Made by a program: the position numbers and the translations under genes
The notes under the pieces: model-generated
Database searches by the model: none
Told to the model about the DNA's origin: nothing
What the model saw: only the letters and a program-made list of their open reading frames with translations
Origin: Macrostomum lignano
Taxonomy: Eukaryota
Reading direction: 5' to 3'
NCBI GenBank assembly: GCA_002269645.1
Contig: NIVC01001037.1
Location: forward strand, 310,001-374,000
DNA: 64,000 nt
Part shown: one piece after another, positions 51,526-64,000 of the stretch
Layout: every line of letters begins with the position of its first letter
How positions within the stretch are numbered: position 1 is the stretch's first letter

Positions 51526-54500
51526 TTATTTTGCTCAGTAACTGCCCTGTCTACTGTGAGTAGCTAAATAATATTTTGCTCAATTTTTATCAAACCTACA
51601 GCTATCCCAATGCCCACAAGAATAAGTCTTTGTATCACTGAGCATTCATTCGATCTGACGATCTCAAACAATCCATTAACTATTTTTAGGAACATAAATA
51701 TCTCCCAAACTCGATTGTGTTAGCTAATTGGTTTTCTCTAGGATTTACTTCGTTGCAGAAGTTTATTGAATTGGTTTTCATTCTGAACTCTATCTTGGCA
51801 CTATTCGTGTGTGCGGACCCAAGCAGCTCAATCACATCACATGCAATCAATCAAATTAGTTCCGTGGTGGGTGTGGAGAAGAGAGATTTTCGAAGGGATA
51901 AGTTATAGTTGGCTTTTGATGATGCCTGCTTGCGAATGCAGTTAAATATATATGCGCAAATATATATATAATAGAAAACTGATAGAAATCTTAGCCAGAA
52001 GAGAAGATTGGAAGACTTAGCCTTTTCTACTTTTAAGTTACGTAAAAGTACATTCGCTACCGTTTTTGTCTTTACGACTTACGAACATAGTCCATTCGAA
52101 CTGGCCTCCACTTTTCGAGATTCTAAGGTCAAGCTACTTTAGAGTGAGATCAATCCTGTCTCTGCTATATGTACTTCTGTAAATTTACTGAGTAAAATGT
52201 GACGAAAGTTATACAGTAAAATGTGACCTTGAGCTTTTTGACATTTTTCTCTCGTCTCTTTCTTCACTCACTGTCTGTATTTATCCTACATGTATCTTCC
52301 TAGCCCATCTCATGTCTCAGCCAAAAATAGTACATGCAGACCGATTCCTGTTTACCCTATAATTTCATGATCGCATATGGCACAGAGACGCGAATCGTCT
52401 GTCCTCCTTGACAGCTTGTAGGCTCAGGAATTGGGCGTGGGCAACTCACGCATTTAGTGATTTAGTGTATAAAAATGCGAATGCTTTGCCTTTGTCTATT
52501 ACTGTATGGAATGAATTGAATTGCTTCTATAGCCATAGGGTACAAATAACTGTTGAAGGTCGAATTCTTGAATGTCAATTCTCAGTTTCCATAATGTGGA
52601 ATTACAGTTGCAAGATTATCACCCGGATGTCCTTATTGACACAGCAAACAACATGCACAGGGAAGCTTGCTTCAAGTAAAATATTCAGGTTGTCTGAAAA
52701 AACTCGGTTAGCTAAAAGGCTGTGAAACTGCAGCTGCTGAATCACGAGTCCACTTCGTGTTCTGCGTTGTTTAAGTCAAGCAACTGTCGATACTGCCTTT
52801 GGTTGTGCAAAAGAAATATTCATCATCGTGCCAGGTCATGTGCCGCATCGCAAAGCGTGGATGCTGTTTCGTCATATTATTTCATCGCGCCGCACTCTGT
52901 CTGGTATTGGGGGATGCCCTGCATCTACGCTTGCTGTGCAGTGCAGTTTGTTTCTGTCGGGGTGTATTTTCTAGAGCAGCCAGTCCTTCTTTTAGCGATG
53001 CACTGTACATTCATCTGGCTACTGGCTTTTTTCCTTCCCTTTTCTCCACTTTCGTTCTCCTCACCTCACAGTTGTACGCTTCGCTGATACAGAAGTACGC
53101 TTAGGACTGGGGGCAGACAAGGAGGGGATCACGACGGGTTGGACGGAGTGGAAAAACCCCCTTGTTGGCCCCCGGTTTCAACCGGTTCTCCACGCGAGGA
53201 AGGCCAAAACCTTCATCTCTGCATGCCTCTGCGGCCAATGAGAGCGCAAGAGAGAGACACAGATAAGAGAATGCGAGGGATAGAAAATAGAGCGGGGGCC
53301 GTTCATTTTTTACTTGCGTGCGCCTCAAGCCGTGCGTGCGCGCTATTTAGCCTAAAAAACTCCAGAGCAAGAAGTCTGCAAAGCCAGTCATAGTAAAGTA
53401 GGGCCGTGTCCTCGTTTTAACGGCTTCCTAAGCGTCTCTCTGTCCGTCCGACTTCCAAGAGTTAATTTCTGCAACCGACCTTGACCTGTTTTCCTTCTCT
53501 CTCGGTGTTGAGGAAGATTTCCGTGGATCGACCGTCGTTCGAAAATTCAAATTCTATTTGGTAAGTGAGCTCACTTAGTATCGTAATTTGCAGTGTTTAC
53601 TTGAATTGAAATGATACTCAACCGAATTCTTTTCCTTTCTGGTCCTGTCATGTTGCATATCATTAATAAATTATTCGATCATGTTTCTGGCTTGCACTAA
53701 CTACCGGCTATCATTAAATTCTGTTGTTCGGTCTGGCTCCTGACCTGGATCGGTCAAACAGTCTGCTAGCCAAATGCCTTGCAGATGAGATAACAGAATG
53801 GTTGACAGTACAACAAGCTCAAACTAAAAAAACTTCGAAATTTCAATTTTTATAACACCTGATAATACCTGACCTGTAGTATTTTGCTAGAGTGTGAGCT
53901 GGAATGCTTGTGCTTGAGTATATATATGCTATATATAGAGGTGCGTTAATTTGGCTGAGATTTTTATTACGCCAAACGGAAGTCGCGCTGTAATTTTAGT
54001 GTGTATTGTATATGTACATTGTTGTTGCTGACCCGAACTTTAGACTCAGAAGATTTGGTATAATGTGGAAGAGAGTCAGTTTTTAGCTGTGGAATTTAAA
54101 TCGATATGAAAGATTGATAGACCCCCGGTTGGATTTCATGTCCATTTTTAAAAAGCATTTGCTCCAGTCCCAGCGCTCTGTCACGTGCTGTCCGCATTAT
54201 CTAGCTAGATTTGTCTGTCTGTCAGTCGTGGAGCACGTTGGCAGAGCGTGCTGCTTCCTGTACTCAGAGTGCGTGCGTGCGAAGTCTTTGAGAACTCCCG
54301 CGATTACTTTACTTTAGCCTCGAATAGGTTCTCAGTGAGGTAGGTGACAGAGACAGCCCCCTCTTCACCCCTCTGTCCTGAATTCAAGTTCAAAGGAAGC
54401 CCCTGGCTGCTTGAGCTGAGTACTTGGCTTTTCTTGCTTATACCTTATCTTCAAGCTGCAACTCCCAATATCTTTAGACATGCAGGCGTAGTTTAGTAAG

Positions 54501-55427
54501 CGAAAAATAATGCTTTGAAAGTGAATGAAAAGCAAGGCTGCTAGGTTAGGAACTTAGGTATGAAAGCTTGCAGTCAGTTGTAAGAGGAAGCTTTCAAGAG
54601 ATTTTACGGCGAGTTTGAACAGAATAGAATACTTGTAGTGTATCATAGTTTAGAAGAAAAGCTCGGCTCGTATTCTCCCGCAGTCCCGCGCTGCTTTCTC
54701 GGCAAAAGTCAAAGCATCAAAAGTCCACGAATATATTTAGTAAGGCCTCTTTTATCCGACAATCCAAGGCCCAAGTGAGAGCGGAGCGCCCTACGGTGCG
54801 TGATGGGTAGAAACACGACCGTGACTATTGAATCGTAACCGAAAGCTGGATACAAAGGGAGTCGAAAGCAGCCAGCTTCCATAGATCCATAGCTAGCTGT
54901 AAGGAAGAGAGAGAGAGTGAATGTTGCTGGAAAAAAACCAATCAGCCAGAGATTAATGAGCCCTTGGGAGAACTCTTCGTGTCGCGCGCCAGTATAGAGG
55001 AAAATATTCAGGACTGCACTTCTGTTGGCTACCTTAACTAGTGGTCGATCGTTTCTTTTAACAAGCGCTATCGTTTGCCTCTTGGGGTTTCATCATGGTT
55101 TTCCCATCGTCAGTTATTAATCTACGGATATAAAAGCATTTCTATCTGATCTACGAGTACCAAAAGTCAAGTGAACAACTATGACGTATTGGGTAGTTTA
55201 TGTAGCTGCTCGTAAGTCAATCATAACACAATTAAGTCTGCATCAACACCGACGGATTTCTCGTTCATCATCGAATCGGAAGCCTTTTCTTTTCCTTCAA
55301 GTTGTTTAAAATCAAATAGTTGCAGAATGCAGCAAAGATTGAAGCACTTGTTATAATAAAAGCGCTATTTATAACAATTTTAGATTGCGAAAAAAAGACA
55401 TAAACGCGCCAACAAGCTCCATCAGCA

Positions 55428-56930
55428 ATGCCGCTGTGTAAGAAGAAATCTGGTGAGCAGGCCGACTCGGCCGATGCGGCCTCCCCAGTGCAGCTGCAAA
55501 AGAAGATCACTCTAATGAACGGCGTCAGCATCATCGTTGGCTCCATCATCGGTTCGGGGATTTTTGTTAGTCCGACCGGCATCTTCAAGGAGGTGAACAG
55601 CATCGGGGCCTCGCTGCTAGTCTGGGTCTTGTGCGGCGTCTACAGCTTCTTCGGGGCGTACAGCTACGCCGAGCTTGGCACAATGATCCAGCGCTCTGGC
55701 GCTGACTACGCCTACGTCCTGGTGGCCTTTGGGCCCTTCATGGCTTTCCTGCGTATGTGGTGCGAGATCCTCGTCATGCGCCCTTGCTCTCAGACCATCA
55801 TAGCCCTCACCTTTGCCAAGTACATCCTGGAGCCATTTTTCACCGGCTGCCAGGCGCCGATCATCACCGAGAAGTTGCTAGCCGCGCTCTGCTTGACAAT
55901 CTTGACGGCCGCTAACTGCTGGAGCATCCGCGCCTCCACCTGGATTCAGGACATCTGCACCTGGGGCAAAACGCTCGCCCTAATTATCATTATCATCGCC
56001 GGCTGCGTCCAGGTCGGCCGAGGCAAAGTCGAGTTCTTCGAGGAGCCGTTCGCCGACTCGGTGATGGGCGTCGGCAACCTCGTGCGTGCCTTCTACTCTG
56101 GCCTGTTTGCCTACAACGGTTGGAATTACCTGAACTGCGTCACTGGCGAGATGAAGAACCCGCAGCGCGACCTGCCCCTGGCAATCTTCATCTCATGCGC
56201 CATCGTCACTGTGGTGTACGTCCTGGCCAACGCCGCCTACTTCACCACGGTTCCAGTTGCCGAGTTCGTGACCACACCGGCTGTTGCCATCCTGTTTGCT
56301 AAGAAAATCTCCGGCTTCCTGGCCGCCGTCATGCCGATCTTCGTGTCCCTGTCTACATTCGGCGGTGTGAACGGCGTCCTGCTGACCACGTCCCGGATAT
56401 TCTTTGTGGCCGCCGAGGAAGGTCAGATGCCCAGCTTTCTGTGCATGATCCAGCAGCGCCTGCTGACCCCGCTACCCGCTGTGCTGCTGGTGGGTCTCAT
56501 CTCGCTTGTCTATCTCACCATTGACGACATCTACGTGCTGGTGAACTACATGGGCTTCGTAAACTGGCTGGCCATCGGCCTGTCCGTCTCCATCGTGCTG
56601 TACCTGCGCGTCAAGCGGCCTAACGATCCGCGCCCGATTCGCGTGCCAATCATATTCCCGATTGTGTACACCATGTTCACCGTGCTGCTGTGCGCCAACG
56701 CCTTCATTGGAGCCTTCTGGGAGTGCGCCATGGGCGTGGTGATCATCCTGACGGCTGTGCCGGTTTACCTGATCGGCGTGGCCTGGACTAACAAGCCGAA
56801 GTCTCTGCTGCGCTGGACCTCCGATCTCACTCGCCTAGTGCAGAAGGTGTTCCTGGTGCAGCTGCAGGAAGATGGAGGAGCCAAGTCGGAAGCTGAGAAA
56901 TTGGTTGCGGCCGAAGAAAAGGAGGCTTGA
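55428..56930 (+). CDS. L-type amino acid transporter light chain (SLC7 LAT/y+LAT family, APC fold), single exon, 500 aa
   Basis: IIVGSIIGSGIFVSP, YAELGT, FAYNGWNYLN, EMKNPQRDLP, LRVKRPNDPRPIRVP; about 12 hydrophobic segments; high GC3. SLC7A5/6/7/8 orthology cannot be resolved by eye. Confidence 0.95.
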   Translation: MPLCKKKSGEQADSADAASPVQLQKKITLMNGVSIIVGSIIGSGIFVSPTGIFKEVNSIGASLLVWVLCGVYSFFGAYSYAELGTMIQRSGADYAYVLVAFGPFMAFLRMWCEILVMRPCSQTIIALTFAKYILEPFFTGCQAPIITEKLLAALCLTILTAANCWSIRASTWIQDICTWGKTLALIIIIIAGCVQVGRGKVEFFEEPFADSVMGVGNLVRAFYSGLFAYNGWNYLNCVTGEMKNPQRDLPLAIFISCAIVTVVYVLANAAYFTTVPVAEFVTTPAVAILFAKKISGFLAAVMPIFVSLSTFGGVNGVLLTTSRIFFVAAEEGQMPSFLCMIQQRLLTPLPAVLLVGLISLVYLTIDDIYVLVNYMGFVNWLAIGLSVSIVLYLRVKRPNDPRPIRVPIIFPIVYTMFTVLLCANAFIGAFWECAMGVVIILTAVPVYLIGVAWTNKPKSLLRWTSDLTRLVQKVFLVQLQEDGGAKSEAEKLVAAEEKEA

Positions 56931-58089
56931 ATGAGTAGTTTCTTGGAAAATCCTAAAACGCAGCCGGGATGGAAAACCGCCTACAGTGTGTGCAGAAAAA
57001 TAGTTAGAATTATTAATTAAAACTTGAATATGAGTAGCTTTGCGGTTAGAGTTCGTTCACCAGATCATTTTTAAATATCATCTTTTGTTTAAGAAAATTC
57101 GTGTTGTCTCACACAATTGTTTAAAGCATTTTTTTGTTTTGAGAGTTTAATGCAATGATAAAACCTAATTTAGTTATCAGTCAACTAGTTCCAACTATTT
57201 TGTATTTGTAATGCTTATTCGGGTAGATTTAGTAGCGTCTAATTCATAGATTGATTTCTACAGGCCTATCGTTGTGCGAGTTTCAGCTAAGCAGCTTCTC
57301 TTGTCTTTTTGTGTAGACTTTTTGCTTGACGTCCGAGTTTTCAATGCAATGCAGCAGCTGCTGCTCTTGTGCTCACACTACATTTGCCCATGCTTGTCCA
57401 TTATTTTGGCTTCAATAAAAATGCTTGTTGGTTGATGTCCTGGTCCCTGCGAAATGAAATAATCGTCAATATTTTATTGATTAGCTTTAGCTGTTAAAAA
57501 TAAAAAAAAAAATTTGTCAATTTTATTTTAACCAAGCACCAACAGACTTTAAATACTCGACTGCCGTATGGCACTAATAATGCAACTTTTCTCACCTAAT
57601 TATGTTTTTTGCCGGGATCTTGAGATTATAGTCTCAGATGATCGCTGTAAGCAGGCAGGCGGCCAACTTGTACTCAGTCTGTACACATTGCTAAGTATTT
57701 CCCTGCTTTACTGTCTCCCCATCTGTTAATCCAAAACTTTATTTAAAAGCTGTTATTAATGATTGAATCTAGCGAGACTGGTCAGTCGCAGTTCGATTTT
57801 ATGCTATAATATCAAAATTTATTGTTTGTTATCAATATGTGCAATTTTCATTCCAATCTAATTAATTTAATTGTTCAATATTTAGCCTTCAGTCTGATAT
57901 TTTAGCATTATTATTATTAATTATTATTATTATTACCACTATTAAAAAGTACAACGCCGTCGCTTTGAGCTGTTTTTGCCAATAAAATTTCGGAGTCTGT
58001 TGGCTTTTACTAGCAGCTTTTTGTCCTCTGTAGAGAGCTCAGTTACACCTGCTCTTTTATTTCATTCTATTTCTGGAAATAGAGGGCTA

Positions 58090-58670
58090 AACAGATTGGA
58101 AAGAGATGGGAGTGGGGGGAGATGAGAGATAGGAGAGGGGGGAGATGAGAGGAGAGGGGGGATGAGAGATGGGAGAGGAGGGAGATGGGAAAGGAGAGAT
58201 GGGAGAGGAGGGAGATGGGAGAGGAGGGAGATGGGAGATGAGAGGAGGGAGATGGGAAAGGAGAGATGGGAGAGGAGGGAGATGGGAGGTGGGAGAGGAG
58301 GGAGATGGGAGAGGAGGGAGATGAGAGATAGGAGAGGGGGGAGATGAGAGATAGGAGAGGGGGGGTGAGAGATGGGAGAGGAGGGAGATGGGAAAGGAGA
58401 GATGGGAGAGGAGGGAGATGGGAGAGGAGGGAAATGGGAGGGGAGGGAGATGCAGAGAGAGGAGAAAGATGCAGAGAGAGGAGGGAGATGGGAGAGGAGG
58501 GAGATGGGAGAGGAGGGAGATGCAGAGAGAGGAGGGAGATGAGAGAGGAGGGAGATGAGAGAGCGGAGGGAGATGCAGAGAGGAAAGAGATGGGAGAGGA
58601 GGGAGATGGGAGAAGAGGGAGATGGGAGAAGAGGGAGATGCAGAGAGAGGAGGGATATGGGATAGATGAG
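58090..58670 (+). repeat. Purine-rich (GA) degenerate minisatellite
   Basis: Repeated gggagaggagggagat; almost no pyrimidines on the + strand. Confidence 0.95.
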
Positions 58671-59548
58671 GCAGACGCTAAGAGGGATTCGGGAGATACC
58701 GCATAACAGCAGCAAGCTTCCATCTCCAAATCGCGTTTGTTTGTGATCGAAGTAAATCAAGCCTGCATCTTAGTCTTTAATCTAATTTTAGTCTTAGTCT
58801 TCCTGTAGTCTCAGGTGTTTTGATCCGTATACGCAGCTCCGGGCGATCACCCGACAGCTTTGAGCTCAGCTCGCCAGTCAAGGCATTGACGTTTTCTCAA
58901 AAGATGAAACGCCAAGTCGCGTTTATTTGCGTTTGACTTTGAGGAAATTCTTTCCTGCTCTTGCCGAAGAGTTGTTTCCCTAAAGCAGAACCATCTGCTC
59001 CTTTTTCATTAGAAATGTTTAATAAGATTTCAGAATCGAAATGAAAATAAAAAAAAAGATCGGCTTTGAGCCTCGCTTTTTTGTATTGAAGAATTTGCAT
59101 GGTTCCATGTACTTTCCAATATGGGTTTCTCATTAGGTATAGGAGCTCCCGCTGCTCGGGATGCTGCTCTATTCTTTAATCAGTTCCGCCCCGCTGAGCT
59201 CGAAGTCCCCATCCAGCGACATGAAACGGGATTAGACCGATGCGGATATGCAGACTAGAGGGAGAATAGAAGAAAGTCTTTGAAGGCAGCTCATGATCTC
59301 TCAATGTCTTCTGTTCGGGCTGAGTTCCATCCCGGCTTGAGGCTCAAAACAAGTTCACTGAAAGCTCTCGAGCTTAATCTGGGTTTACTTTAGAGATAAG
59401 CAGACTGCCCAGTCCTGCCATTCTCTCTTCACGTCTTGAACACTTCCCGAGTTGCGAATTTCGTGTTCTCATTCTCCTTAATCTCTATGATTGACATGTA
59501 TGATTTATCTGTCCTGTAGTCCTGCTTATACCAATTTTCCAGCGCCTC

Positions 59549-63352
<3,804 letters not shown>

Positions 63353-63479
63353 TAGGGCTTGGAAATGTACTTTAAAGTGTCAGAGTTATTTACATGCATG
63401 TATCAGATAGACCGACTTTTTGTTCTTTTTTAAGCAAAGGAGAACTGAGCCGAAGTCTGGAGGGACAGCTGAGCTGAAT

Positions 63480-63575
63480 GAATAGATCGAATAGATCAGA
63501 TACGTAGATCGTAGATCAGTCAATGGATTGATTGTAGAGATCAGATAGATCAATGTCTGATAGATCAGATAGAAC
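63480..63575 (+). repeat. Degenerate (AGAT)-rich repeat
   Basis: Repeated tagatc/agat units. Confidence 0.7.
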
Positions 63576-64000
63576 GCATTTTTTAGTTTCATTGTTGAAT
63601 AGTTGTTCCTTCAGACTCTGGTCTAAGAACTTCCTGGCCTTGGAATAAAATGAAACAATTATTTTTATATTTATTTAAATTCTAACATTTCTACTTTCAG
63701 TAGTTCAACAAGTAAGGTGGTCGTGCGCATATCCTGTATGAATCATGTTAGTAGGCAATGATCAATTGTGTCAGTCTTTCTTGGCAGCGACCTGCCGCAG
63801 GCAGTCCACGGTCCCGAGTTCGTTCACCGCCGACGCCTGAATGCGGTCCGTCGAGCTCCTCGTCACTGCAATGCGTGAAATCTGATATTTTCATGCCCGA
63901 TCTATACTACTGTACAGTAGAAATATAAACATTTTCTCCTAATAAATACGTTTTCCCCATGAAGGCTTTAACGCACCAGTTGTTCTTAATATTGAGTTGT

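Noticed and set aside
58730-59500. Possible minus-strand gene head-to-head with FANCA
   Set aside because: GC-rich patches, but frames close quickly and no exon chain could be built.
63788-63900. Next FANCA exon
   Set aside because: Acceptor and GC-rich sequence are present, but the phase-compatible frame is not FANCA-like and the better-looking frame has a stop; unresolved.

Overview
This is eukaryotic (animal) genomic DNA: GT-AG introns, GC-rich exons in an AT-rich background, and many micro- and minisatellites. The style, with (GACA)n introns and high-GC3 exons, suggests an invertebrate such as the flatworm Macrostomum; that is inference, not proof. Genes, left to right: a truncated duplicate of an uncharacterised gene; a broken cytosolic sulfotransferase; an intronless POT/SLC15-like transporter; an uncharacterised 5-exon gene; two colinear giant ankyrin-repeat paralogues on the minus strand, the second of which appears to splice onto a C-terminal pseudokinase domain; an SSUH2-like gene; two calmodulin-like EF-hand genes; an intronless LAT/SLC7 amino-acid transporter; and the 5' part of a FANCA homologue. 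Non-autonomous mobile elements include two long-TIR foldback elements stacked at TAGTA direct repeats, a THAP-remnant foldback element, a hAT-type MITE, Helitron-like ends and a 1.2-kb insertion with a 13-bp TSD. The most notable candidates are the ANK(n)-pseudokinase / ANK-only pair, the TAGTA-flanked transposons, (GACA)n introns with no polypyrimidine tract, and the FANCA homologue. All exon and family calls were made by eye, without database searches. No CRISPR array, rRNA or intact tRNA was seen.
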